Source of the DNA: an uncultured Anaerolineales bacterium
Lineage (GTDB): Bacteria > Chloroflexota > Anaerolineae > UBA2200
DNA: 64,000 nucleotides
Direction of reading: 5' to 3'
Assembly: GCA_964478075.1 (NCBI GenBank)
Contig: CAYZGO010000007.1
Coordinates: 22,975 to 86,974, forward strand
The position numbers and the translations under genes were made by a program. How positions within the stretch are numbered: the first letter of the stretch is position 1; each line of letters opens with the position of its first letter. Under the pieces are notes generated by a model that was not told the DNA's origin, made no database searches, and was given only the letters and a program-made list of their open reading frames with translations. This document shows positions 28,350-37,291 of the stretch, piece after piece.

Positions 28350-29971
28350 CCACGCGGACAAATCTGGAGCCCCAGCCCGGGTTCTCCGAGGTAGATGAGA
28401 TGCCTGGGGAGCCAGCAGCGGAAGCACGGCCAGCGGGGGCGGTGGATGTGCTGCTGGTCAATCCCCCGGCACCCGATGGCGGCATCTGGATCCGCAGTCA
28501 GCACCGCGTCGGCCGGCGCAGCCGGGAAGGAATGATCTGGCCACAGGTGTCGCTGGCGCAGATGGCGGCGCTGTTAGCTCCCGACTACTCCGTCGAGATC
28601 GTGGACGCCATCGCCGAGCGGACGAGCTGGCCGCAGTTCGAGGCGCTTCTGCGACAGAAGCACCCTCGCTATTACGTGACCCAGGTGACGGCGCCAACGC
28701 TGCAGAACGACATGTACGGCACCTTCCTGGCTCGCTCCCTGGGCGCTCGTACCATCGCCTTTGGCACGCACGTCACCCCCATGACGCGGGAGACAATGGG
28801 GCCTTATCCCAGCCTGGACTTTGTGCTGCGCGGTGAGCCAGAGTTGACACTGCTGGAGCTGCTGGGCACTCTCGAGGGGCAAGGCCTGGGGCGCTGGAGC
28901 AAACTGTTTGAGGGCGCGGATGCGGACTGGTCAGAGATTCCGCAGGACGGTCCAGGATCAGGAAGCCCGCGTCTGGAGCCCATCAAGGGGCTCGCCTGGA
29001 GGCGGGATGGCGAGATCGTCATCAACCAAGACCGGCCCTTGATCAAGAATCTGGACCATCTACCCCTGCCCCGCCATGACCTGCTGCCGCTGGATCGCTA
29101 TCGCGTCCCCATGATCAAGGGGCCGTACAGCTTTGTCGTCACGAGCCGCGGCTGTCCCGCTGGGTGCCGTTTCTGCATCAAGCACGTCAGCTACGGCCGC
29201 ACGGTGCGGGTCCGGTCGCCAGAGAACGTGATCGCCGAGCTGAGATTGCTGCGCGACCTGGGGCTGCGCAACGTCCACATGTATGCCGACCTGTTCACCG
29301 TGAATCGGGATCAGGTTATGGGCATTTGCGAGCTGATGCTGGAGGAGGAACTCGATTTCCGCTGGATGTGCAACAGCCGGGTGGACTTTGTGGACGAGGA
29401 GATGCTGCGCCTGATGGCGCGAGCCGGCTGCTGGATGATCGCGTGGGGCATCGAGTCGGCCAACGAAGGGATTCTGCGACGGGTGCGCAAGGGCTACCGG
29501 CCCGGGCGGGCAGCGCAGGCGCTAAGCTGGGCCAGGGCGGCGGGCATCAAGAATTGGGGCTATTTTATCATCGGTCTGCCGGGCGAGACTGACGAGACGG
29601 CGCAGCAGACCATCGAGCTGGCCAAGAGGCTGCCTCTCGACGTGGCCCTGTTCCACATCGCTGCGCCCTATCCAGGCACGCCCTTTTACCAGGAGGCGGT
29701 GGAGAAGGGCTGGTTCCGGGAGGGGACGCGCTGGGAAGATGTGGATATGGACCGCTCCACCGTGCTGGATTACCCAGAGATGCCGGGGGAGCGCATCGAG
29801 TACTGGGCACGGCGGGCGTTTCGGGAGTGGGCCTTCCGGCCGGGGCCGCTCTGGACGTACCTGACCAGCATGGCCAGTCCCGCGACGTTCCGCGCAGCAG
29901 TAAGGATCGGACTGGAGAGCCTGGGGTGGATAAGGGAGACGGAGGAACGGAGGCGGACAGACAGCAAGTGA
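28346..29971 (+). CDS. B12-binding-domain radical SAM protein (class B)
   Basis: The N-terminal cobalamin-binding domain starts at VDVLLVNPPAP. The radical SAM core has CxxxCxxC (SRGCPAGCRFC). 541 aa. ATGA overlap with the upstream gene. Confidence 0.8.
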   Translation: MTTRTNLEPQPGFSEVDEMPGEPAAEARPAGAVDVLLVNPPAPDGGIWIRSQHRVGRRSREGMIWPQVSLAQMAALLAPDYSVEIVDAIAERTSWPQFEALLRQKHPRYYVTQVTAPTLQNDMYGTFLARSLGARTIAFGTHVTPMTRETMGPYPSLDFVLRGEPELTLLELLGTLEGQGLGRWSKLFEGADADWSEIPQDGPGSGSPRLEPIKGLAWRRDGEIVINQDRPLIKNLDHLPLPRHDLLPLDRYRVPMIKGPYSFVVTSRGCPAGCRFCIKHVSYGRTVRVRSPENVIAELRLLRDLGLRNVHMYADLFTVNRDQVMGICELMLEEELDFRWMCNSRVDFVDEEMLRLMARAGCWMIAWGIESANEGILRRVRKGYRPGRAAQALSWARAAGIKNWGYFIIGLPGETDETAQQTIELAKRLPLDVALFHIAAPYPGTPFYQEAVEKGWFREGTRWEDVDMDRSTVLDYPEMPGERIEYWARRAFREWAFRPGPLWTYLTSMASPATFRAAVRIGLESLGWIRETEERRRTDSK

Positions 29972-30684
29972 CTGAGCCGCAACCATCACCGTGGCCGGAG
30001 TATCGCTTCCGTTTCCCCCGCTACAATCGTTGGCTGGCGAACCGCCTGCGGCCGTTCATGGGACAGCGGGTTCTGGAGGTGCAGTGCGGCCTGGGGCACA
30101 TGACGGGGCTGCTGCTGGATCGGGAGTTCCTGGTGGCCGTGGATTCTGTCGCTGAGCACGTGGCCGCTGTGCAGGCCAGGTACGGAGAGCGAGAGGATTT
30201 CGGCGCCGCAGTGCAGGACATGTGCAGCCCGGACGCGCTCAGCTTACGACAATATGGCATTGACACGATCCTGTGTGCCAATCTCCTGGAACATCTGGAC
30301 GACGACCGGGCTCTGGATACAATGGTGGCTATCCTGCCACCTGGAGGAAGGCTGATCACTTTGGTTGCTGCTTTTGAGAGCCTGTTCAATGCGCTGGACC
30401 GGGGTGCAGGGCATCTACGGCGCTATGACAAGGGAGCGTTCGTCGCCCAGCTTGCCAGGCACGAGCTGAGCGTGAACGAGGCTTTCTACGTCAACAGCCT
30501 GGGTCTGCTGGGGTGGTGGGTACGGGGCAGCCTGCTGAGACGGGAGATGCCCTCCGTGAGCCAGTTGCGTCTCTTCGACCGCCTGGTGCCGCTCTGGGGG
30601 GCGGTGGAGAGGCGGATTCCTCCGCCGTTTGGGTTATCCCTGGTCTGTGTGGCAGACAAGCGGCGCGCAGGCATTGGAGGGTAG
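29968..30684 (+). CDS. Class I SAM-dependent methyltransferase
   Basis: GTG start overlapping the upstream TGA. Motif I VLEVQCGLGHMTGLL, motif post-II ILPPGGRLI. Confidence 0.7.
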   Translation: MTEPQPSPWPEYRFRFPRYNRWLANRLRPFMGQRVLEVQCGLGHMTGLLLDREFLVAVDSVAEHVAAVQARYGEREDFGAAVQDMCSPDALSLRQYGIDTILCANLLEHLDDDRALDTMVAILPPGGRLITLVAAFESLFNALDRGAGHLRRYDKGAFVAQLARHELSVNEAFYVNSLGLLGWWVRGSLLRREMPSVSQLRLFDRLVPLWGAVERRIPPPFGLSLVCVADKRRAGIGG

Positions 30685-30687
30685 CGG

Positions 30688-31584
30688 ATGCGCATTCTGG
30701 TGACTGGAGCAACCGGATTCATCGGCAATCACCTGCTGCCAGCCCTGATCCGGGCTGGGCACGAGGTCGTGTGTCTGGTACGGCGCACCAGTGACCTCTC
30801 CGGACTGCAGGGCGTGGACGTCGAGCGGGTGCAAGGGGACATCACCGACAAGGACGCGCTGCTGGCCGCCCTGGACGGTGCAAACGCGGTGGTGCACCTG
30901 GCCGGGGTCAACGTGCCCGAGCTGGAGGCCTGCCGTCAGGTCAATGTAGAGGGCGTGCGGATGCTTATCAAGGCCTGCCGTGAGCGGGGCGTGCGGCGCG
31001 TGGTGGCCAACAGCACTGTCTCGGCCACGCGTGAGCACCTGGGAGCCTACGGGCTGACCAAGAGGCAAGGGGAGGACCTGTGGCAGGCCTCGGGGCTGGA
31101 TGTGACCATCTTGCGCTTGTCCCTGGTTTACGGCCCGGGGGCCAAAGGGATCTTCGCCAAGCTTCTCGGTTACGTGAAGACGCTTCCCGTGGTGCCGCTC
31201 ATCGGGCCTGGGACCTTTGAGGTGCAGCCAGTGTACGTGGGCGACGTGGTGGATGCCATCCTGAGGTGCCTCGAAAGCGGCAAGACAATCGGCAGGACCT
31301 ACGTCCTGGCCGGCCGGGAGGCCACCACGATGAACCAACTCATTGACGCGATGCTGGCCGAGCTGGGGAAACGGAAGCCGAAGCTGCACGTGCCAGTGCC
31401 TGTGGCTACGCTGATGGCCCGGGCGATGGCGCTGGTGCTGCCCAATCCCCCTGTGACGGTGGACAATATCCTGGGCATGAATCAGCCGACAGACTATGAC
31501 ATCTCGGCGGCGGAGCGGGATTTTGGGTTTGAGCCCATGCCGCTGCGAGAAGGGTTGCGAAGGACGGTGGGGGGTGGGCGATAA
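30688..31584 (+). CDS. NAD-dependent epimerase/dehydratase family protein (SDR)
   Basis: MRILVTGATGFIGNHL Rossmann motif and the YGLTK catalytic YxxxK. Confidence 0.8.
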   Translation: MRILVTGATGFIGNHLLPALIRAGHEVVCLVRRTSDLSGLQGVDVERVQGDITDKDALLAALDGANAVVHLAGVNVPELEACRQVNVEGVRMLIKACRERGVRRVVANSTVSATREHLGAYGLTKRQGEDLWQASGLDVTILRLSLVYGPGAKGIFAKLLGYVKTLPVVPLIGPGTFEVQPVYVGDVVDAILRCLESGKTIGRTYVLAGREATTMNQLIDAMLAELGKRKPKLHVPVPVATLMARAMALVLPNPPVTVDNILGMNQPTDYDISAAERDFGFEPMPLREGLRRTVGGGR

Positions 31585-31604
31585 TTGATAATCGATTATC
31601 GATT

Positions 31605-32693
31605 ATGACTTACCAGTCATCACTCATGAATCCACACCACTCACCCTTCAAACACCAACACATTGCCATCATCGGCCTCGGGCGGATGGGCATCGCTCAC
31701 GCAGCACTCCTGAACACCATCGCCAGGGCAAAGCTAGTGGGCTTTTGCGACCTGAGCCGGCGGTTGGGGCGGCAGGCGCGCGGGATGGGCTTTCGTGACG
31801 TGCCTTTCTACACCGATGTGGAGCGCTTGCTGGATGAGACTCAGCCGGATGGCGTTTTCATCTGCACGCCACCCCATACGCACCTGCCCATCGCCCGGCA
31901 GTGCGTGCCGCGGGTGGAGGGGGTCTTTGTGGAGAAGCCGCTGGCGCAGTCACTGGCGGCGGCCCAGGAGATGGTGGCGCTGGTGGAAGGACGGGGGCTG
32001 GTCCATGCCGTTGGCTATCACTATGCCTACGTTCCCATCTTCCAGCGGGCCGGGGAGCTGTTAGGCCAGGGGGTCATTGGCGGGCCAACGGAGGTACGTG
32101 CCTCCATGTTCCTCACCCAGGTGATGGGGCCCAAACGAGCGAGCTGGTGGTACGACCCGGCCAAAGCCGGGGGCGGGGTGGTGATCAGCATCACCTCACA
32201 CCTGCTGGCTTTGCTGCAGGAGTACTTTGGCGCGGTGGCCTGGGCGGAGGCACAAACCCGGCGGCTGCACTCCAAACTGGTCGAGGACGAAGCGACCATC
32301 CGGCTGGGCTTTGCCAGTGACCTGCAAGCAGTGGTGGAAACCTCGTGGAGCGTGCCCGGCTACGAGCGTTCGGCGATAGAGATTGGCATAGAGGGAGAGA
32401 ACGGCACGTTGACGGTGACCGATGGGGAGATTCGCCTCTCGCTGCAGCAGGCTACGAGCGGCTTCCCTGCAGGGGAAAGCCATGTCCCCGTCTCCGACGT
32501 ACCCGACCCGGCCGAGTTTGAGCTGGGTGGGCCGGGTTTCTGGGCCGAGGATGCGGACTTGATAGCGTGCCTGGGCGATGCAGCGGAGCGGGCCCCGCGC
32601 GTGACTTGGCACCAGGCATTGGCGACACAGGCCGTGCTGGACGCGGTGTACGGGTCGGCTGAGAGAGTCGAGAAGGTGGGGCTGGATGGCTGA
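31605..32693 (+). CDS. Gfo/Idh/MocA family oxidoreductase (sugar-nucleotide dehydrogenase-like, WbpB-like)
   Basis: N-terminal Rossmann HIAIIGLGRMG and the EKP motif FVEKPLA. 362 aa. Confidence 0.75.
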   Translation: MTYQSSLMNPHHSPFKHQHIAIIGLGRMGIAHAALLNTIARAKLVGFCDLSRRLGRQARGMGFRDVPFYTDVERLLDETQPDGVFICTPPHTHLPIARQCVPRVEGVFVEKPLAQSLAAAQEMVALVEGRGLVHAVGYHYAYVPIFQRAGELLGQGVIGGPTEVRASMFLTQVMGPKRASWWYDPAKAGGGVVISITSHLLALLQEYFGAVAWAEAQTRRLHSKLVEDEATIRLGFASDLQAVVETSWSVPGYERSAIEIGIEGENGTLTVTDGEIRLSLQQATSGFPAGESHVPVSDVPDPAEFELGGPGFWAEDADLIACLGDAAERAPRVTWHQALATQAVLDAVYGSAERVEKVGLDG

Positions 32694-33471
32694 GTTGGCC
32701 GGATGGATACTCAACGCCGACGGCGCTTCGACCGATGAACTGCGCCGCGGGCTAAGGACCGGGGCGGATGCAGTGATGGGGACATACCGCCCGGAGCTGT
32801 TAGGCGCACTGCGCCAGCTGCGCCGCGAGTTCGACTTTGAGGTCTACCCCGTGGTGCCCAACGCACCAGCCTACGTGCGAGACCTGGCCGACCTGGGGAT
32901 GATGGGAGCGGCTCTGAAGCGGCTCCGGCGGCTGCCGCCGGCCGGCTGGCTGCGACTGGCGGCTTATGGGCTGCGGAATGTGCGCGGCCTGCTGGCGCAG
33001 GACTTTGCGGGGATGCTGGGGGTGATGGTGCTGATGGAGTTGCCGATCTTCTCACCCTTCCAGCCACGGGTGATCTTCCTGCATGCCCAGATGACCGACC
33101 TGATGCTGGCCTGCGGCAACGCGGCCGGCTTCCGGGCCTTCGCCGATCTGGTGCGGGACTACGGGGCGGAACCAGGGCTGGAGACGCGCAACTTTGGACA
33201 CCTGGTGGCGAAGTTGGGCGAGTGGATGGTAGATGTGCCAGTAATCGCTGCGCCGTTCAACCTGAGGGGGTACGGGATGCGCCCGTCGCAGGCGGCATGC
33301 GAGGCGCTGCTGGATCAGGAGAGGACGACAGTGGCGGCGAAGGACGTGCTGGCGAGTGGGGCTGTCACGGGGAGTGAAGCGGCGGAGTACGTGAGAATGC
33401 ATTCCCTGAGTTCGATGGTGCTGGAGCCCGATAACGCGGCTGGTCTCGCCGCCGTCTGGCGGGGGGAGTAA
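32686..33471 (+). CDS. Hypothetical protein (261 aa), translationally coupled inside the glycan operon
   Basis: 8-nt overlap with the upstream stop. No motif I can name. High GC and uniform codon bias. Confidence 0.5.
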   Translation: MAELAGWILNADGASTDELRRGLRTGADAVMGTYRPELLGALRQLRREFDFEVYPVVPNAPAYVRDLADLGMMGAALKRLRRLPPAGWLRLAAYGLRNVRGLLAQDFAGMLGVMVLMELPIFSPFQPRVIFLHAQMTDLMLACGNAAGFRAFADLVRDYGAEPGLETRNFGHLVAKLGEWMVDVPVIAAPFNLRGYGMRPSQAACEALLDQERTTVAAKDVLASGAVTGSEAAEYVRMHSLSSMVLEPDNAAGLAAVWRGE

Positions 33472-33475
33472 CCGT

Positions 33476-34963
33476 ATGCGGTCATATCTGCACGTGAGGT
33501 TGTTACTCACTGGCGGCCTGGTGGGGGCCTTGGCTTGGGCTGTCGTAGTATCGTTCCTGTGCACCGGCCCTGCGGTGGCCCAGAGCGGCGGGTGGAGTGA
33601 GCCCATCAACATCTCCAACACGCCGGGCAACTCCCGTTACCCGGAGATTGCGGCCGATGCGTGGGGCAACGTGCACGTAGTGTGGAGTGAGGATGAGGAC
33701 GGCCAGGGGTGGGGAGAATCCATCTACTACACGATGTGGAATGGCGAGGCATGGACCGAGTCGGTGGACATCTTCTACACCCCGCCAGCGGCTCACATCC
33801 CAGCCGTTGCAGCGGATAGCCTGGGATACGTGCACGTCGTGTGGAACGCGAACAACACGACGAGGTACAGCCGGGCCCGCATCGGCGATGGGCCCTGGTC
33901 GGCGGCTGCCTGGTCAAGGCCCCAAATCCTCAGTACACAGTCCGCTTTTACTACCTATTGGACCGACATCGCTGTTGACGACCAGGGGAACCTACACGTA
34001 GTTTGGACCGAACGGAGCGCGGAGGATGAACTCGAAGATTTGTACTACAGTCGCTCAGTGGATGGTGGACAGTCTTGGTCGCTGCCAATCAACCTTTCCA
34101 GTACTCCTGAGCAACAATCATCTTTTGAACAGATAATCACTGATGCTGAGGGCAATCCACATGTAGTTTGGCTGGAGCTGTCCAGGAGTCGTGCTGGCTG
34201 GGACGAGGGTGACGTTGGGGTTTTCCATAGCTGGTCTAGCGACGGTGGAGAGTCTTGGTTTGCCCCGGAGGAGATGTCGCAGCCAGGGCCGGAGGGGTTT
34301 AGTGGTGCCTATCCGGCAATCATTGCTGACGACCAATACGTTTACACTATCTGGAACGAGCGACGTAATGATCCTAGAAGAGATACCATTTTTGCTAGGC
34401 GATGGGAGGATGGTTGGTGGTCCGACATTGCGGTGGTGACGGACGACTCCGGCATGATAGGGACTAGTGGTATATGGACACGGGTTCGGGGCGTAGCGGA
34501 CGGGGCAGGCAACCTACATCTCGTGTGGGAGACGTGGGATGGCGAGGCTATCACCGTACAGTATGTGTGGTCCGAGGATGGAGGGCAGACCTGGTCGGTG
34601 CCGGTGGCGATCTCGAACCCGTCACCGCCGAGTGAACTCTGGCGAACCGACATTGCAGTCAGCGAGGAGAATCGGTTACATGTGGTGTGGTTTGGGGGCG
34701 GTGACATCTACTACGCCACCTATCAAACTACGGCACGGGCAGAGACGCCGCTTCCCTATGTGGCGAGTACCTCAGCTCCACCTACTGCCACGACCCCAGC
34801 AACGATGCCGTCTCCTACCGCCGTAATAGGCTCAACACCCAATCCAGCCATGGTGCAAGGAGGTGTGCTTCAGAGTTCCTGGTTCCCTTTGCTTGCTGGC
34901 ATTGTTCCGGTGATAGCGCTTGTGTTGCTGGTGATCGCTGTGCGGGGCAGGGCCCGACAGTGA
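33476..34963 (+). CDS. BNR/Asp-box repeat beta-propeller protein (sialidase-like fold) with a signal peptide and a C-terminal TM anchor
   Basis: N-terminal signal/TM. Seven blades marked by h-V-V-W motifs (NVHVVWSE, YVHVVWNA, NLHVVWTE, NPHVVWLE, YVYTIWNE, NLHLVWET, RLHVVWFG). Asp-box SxDxGxTW-like motifs SVDGGQSWS, SSDGGESWF, SEDGGQTWS. A Pro/Thr-rich linker, then WFPLLAGIVPVIALVLLVIAVRGRARQ. Confidence 0.7.
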   Translation: MRSYLHVRLLLTGGLVGALAWAVVVSFLCTGPAVAQSGGWSEPINISNTPGNSRYPEIAADAWGNVHVVWSEDEDGQGWGESIYYTMWNGEAWTESVDIFYTPPAAHIPAVAADSLGYVHVVWNANNTTRYSRARIGDGPWSAAAWSRPQILSTQSAFTTYWTDIAVDDQGNLHVVWTERSAEDELEDLYYSRSVDGGQSWSLPINLSSTPEQQSSFEQIITDAEGNPHVVWLELSRSRAGWDEGDVGVFHSWSSDGGESWFAPEEMSQPGPEGFSGAYPAIIADDQYVYTIWNERRNDPRRDTIFARRWEDGWWSDIAVVTDDSGMIGTSGIWTRVRGVADGAGNLHLVWETWDGEAITVQYVWSEDGGQTWSVPVAISNPSPPSELWRTDIAVSEENRLHVVWFGGGDIYYATYQTTARAETPLPYVASTSAPPTATTPATMPSPTAVIGSTPNPAMVQGGVLQSSWFPLLAGIVPVIALVLLVIAVRGRARQ

Positions 34964-35005
34964 TTCGTAGCGCAATAATGTAGAGACTATTACTGGGAGA
35001 GCAAG

Positions 35006-35647
35006 ATGCCTTCGATTTGGTATTACCATCCTCTTTTGTACGAATTTGGCGCAATCCTCCTCCAGGGGAATCGTTACAACAGAATGCTGTCCCGTGTTGC
35101 AGAGATGATAGGAAAGAACAAGTCAGTGCTTGATCTTGGGGCTGGGACGTGCAGACTTGCTTCAATGCTGGATAGCACGTGCACATATGAGGGCTGGGAC
35201 CTGAACCAAAGGTTCGTGAGTTACTATCAGCGTAAAGGGATAAACGTGAAGTTGATGGACGTGTTTCAGTATAGCTCATACCCGCCTGTTGATTGTATCG
35301 TGTTGTTGAATGTATTCCACCATGTAGCACCGAGGCAGTCAGTCCTGTTGAGACAATGCCTAGAGCACGCGGGAGAGAAGGTTATCGTCTGCGAGCTATT
35401 TCGTAATGTGGAATCTCGCCCAATATATTGGCGGCTGGTCAGGCTTCGCGAGATCCTGGGCTTGGAGAAGCTGATAGGAGATTGGGATGGTGTAAACAGG
35501 GAGTTCGATCGCTATCCGCTAATGAGCAAGGATGAACTCAGAGCTTTCTTGGATAAGCATGGACGGTGCAAAATCACCGAGCTAGATAACATGTCAATGC
35601 TGCTTGTAGTGTACCAAGTTGGCAGAGAAGGAGGGCAGTCGAAATGA
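35006..35647 (+). CDS. Class I SAM-dependent methyltransferase
   Basis: Motif I VLDLGAGTCRLASML. The region has lower GC. 213 aa. Confidence 0.65.
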   Translation: MPSIWYYHPLLYEFGAILLQGNRYNRMLSRVAEMIGKNKSVLDLGAGTCRLASMLDSTCTYEGWDLNQRFVSYYQRKGINVKLMDVFQYSSYPPVDCIVLLNVFHHVAPRQSVLLRQCLEHAGEKVIVCELFRNVESRPIYWRLVRLREILGLEKLIGDWDGVNREFDRYPLMSKDELRAFLDKHGRCKITELDNMSMLLVVYQVGREGGQSK

Positions 35648-37290
35648 GCAAGCGGAACGCCGTTCTTCTCGTATGGCGATACAAGATTCTCCTGGTGGTC
35701 CTTCTGGTTGGTGTTGTTCACATCCTTTCGCTAACAACACAAATCGGAGGTCATGATCAGTCACAATACGTTATGCTGGCGCAGTCCATTGCTGGTGGTC
35801 AGGGGTTTCGACAGCTAAATCTGCCCGGCAACCCACCAGAAAAACTCCGTGTTCCCGGATTCCCCTTGCTCCTTGCTCCGATTGCTTACCTCTGGCCTGG
35901 CTTTCCTGAGAATCTCCTTGGGTTCAGGTTGGTTTCCATTCTGTTCAGCTTGCTTTCTCTGGTAGCTGCATATTACTACTTTGTAAAACGCAAGGGCATC
36001 CAGCCACATATTGCCAGCCTCATGGTTCTACTTCTGGGGTTGAATCCCCTCATGGTCGTGTTTTCCTCGCAGGCAACTTTTTCCGAGATTCCTTACCTCT
36101 TCTTTTCGGTATTAGCTCTCTCGCTGCTGGAGGGGATTGGCGCCAAAAAAGGTGCCCGATATCTTGTAATAGCAGCCTTCGCGATATTGGCGAGCTATTT
36201 CATTCGAGTGGTGGGAATAGCCTTGTTGGCTGCCGGCGTGAGCAACTTTCTTTTAAGAAAAAGGTGGAAAGAGGCTGCAATCATCTTCCTGGTATTGGTC
36301 TTGTTTGTGCTGCCCTGGGCATACCGTAATTCCTCAGCAGGCACTTCGGCATTAACTACGGAACATGTTTGGTATATCCTGCAAAAGGATTATCAGAGAC
36401 CGCATCTTGGGACCATCGGCTTGCAAGACATGGCCCATCGCTTGCTCAACAACATCTGGGGGCATACAACAGAAACTATCTCATGGCTCTTTATCCCTTG
36501 GGCGGTAAATGGTTGGTGGCCAGCTTTTCTGGCCCGTCTTCATTTACAACAACTGGCGTGGACGTCGGCAGCTCTTGGTCTTGCCGTGTCTGGCCCGTGC
36601 ATCCTGGGGTACATTCTGACTTTGAAAGAGAAGTTGACCGTCACTCATCTCTATGTCTTCTTCCTCATAGGCATTATCCTGTTGGCCCCCTGGTACGTGG
36701 AGCGAAACCTGTGGCCGCTGCTGCCTTTCCTGCTCTACTACTTTGCCGTGGGCCTGCGTTGGTTTGTTGAGAGGGCATCGCTTTTGCGGCGCAAGTCGCT
36801 TTCTCTGGCTGCGGCGGCCACTGTGGTCGCTTTGTGTATTATCCTGTTCGGTTTTGCGGCGAGCGACAGACATCTGTTGGCAGCGGGGGCGGCGTATCGA
36901 GCTGGAGAGATTGATGAGTCGGAGAGGGTCTTTGGCGAGATGTGCGAATGGATTCGCAACAATACTTCCCCCGACGATTTGCTCCTTTACCGCTTTCCGG
37001 TCAAAACTTATCTCTACACCAGGCGTAAAGTGATGGGCATTCCCATGATCATAGACCACGACGCGTTCCTCTCTGAGCTGAATCATGCTGGTGTGGACTA
37101 CGTCGTGCTGGAACCTGATCGGCAACAAGGGTATGAGTATGGGTGGTTCGATCAGGTCTACTTGCAGCCAGCCGTGACTGCCTATCCTCAATCTTTTGTC
37201 CCTGTGCACCAGATCGGCACCGATCCCGACCATCCTGCGCTCGTGATATATCGTTTTGAGAGCCTGCCAGCGCTGGGCGAGGAGCAATAA
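35644..37290 (+). CDS. GT-C fold membrane glycosyltransferase (GT39/ArnT-like)
   Basis: 548 aa with about 11 TM helices in the N-terminal 400 aa and a C-terminal soluble domain. ATGA coupling with the upstream gene. Confidence 0.6.
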   Translation: MSKRNAVLLVWRYKILLVVLLVGVVHILSLTTQIGGHDQSQYVMLAQSIAGGQGFRQLNLPGNPPEKLRVPGFPLLLAPIAYLWPGFPENLLGFRLVSILFSLLSLVAAYYYFVKRKGIQPHIASLMVLLLGLNPLMVVFSSQATFSEIPYLFFSVLALSLLEGIGAKKGARYLVIAAFAILASYFIRVVGIALLAAGVSNFLLRKRWKEAAIIFLVLVLFVLPWAYRNSSAGTSALTTEHVWYILQKDYQRPHLGTIGLQDMAHRLLNNIWGHTTETISWLFIPWAVNGWWPAFLARLHLQQLAWTSAALGLAVSGPCILGYILTLKEKLTVTHLYVFFLIGIILLAPWYVERNLWPLLPFLLYYFAVGLRWFVERASLLRRKSLSLAAAATVVALCIILFGFAASDRHLLAAGAAYRAGEIDESERVFGEMCEWIRNNTSPDDLLLYRFPVKTYLYTRRKVMGIPMIIDHDAFLSELNHAGVDYVVLEPDRQQGYEYGWFDQVYLQPAVTAYPQSFVPVHQIGTDPDHPALVIYRFESLPALGEEQ

Positions 37291-37291
37291 C

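Noticed and set aside
27507-28427. A 306-aa minus-strand ORF antisense to the GT2 gene 27141..28349.
   Set aside because: It is a Gln/His/Arg-rich low-complexity translation. The sense frame has the DXD motif and TM anchors.
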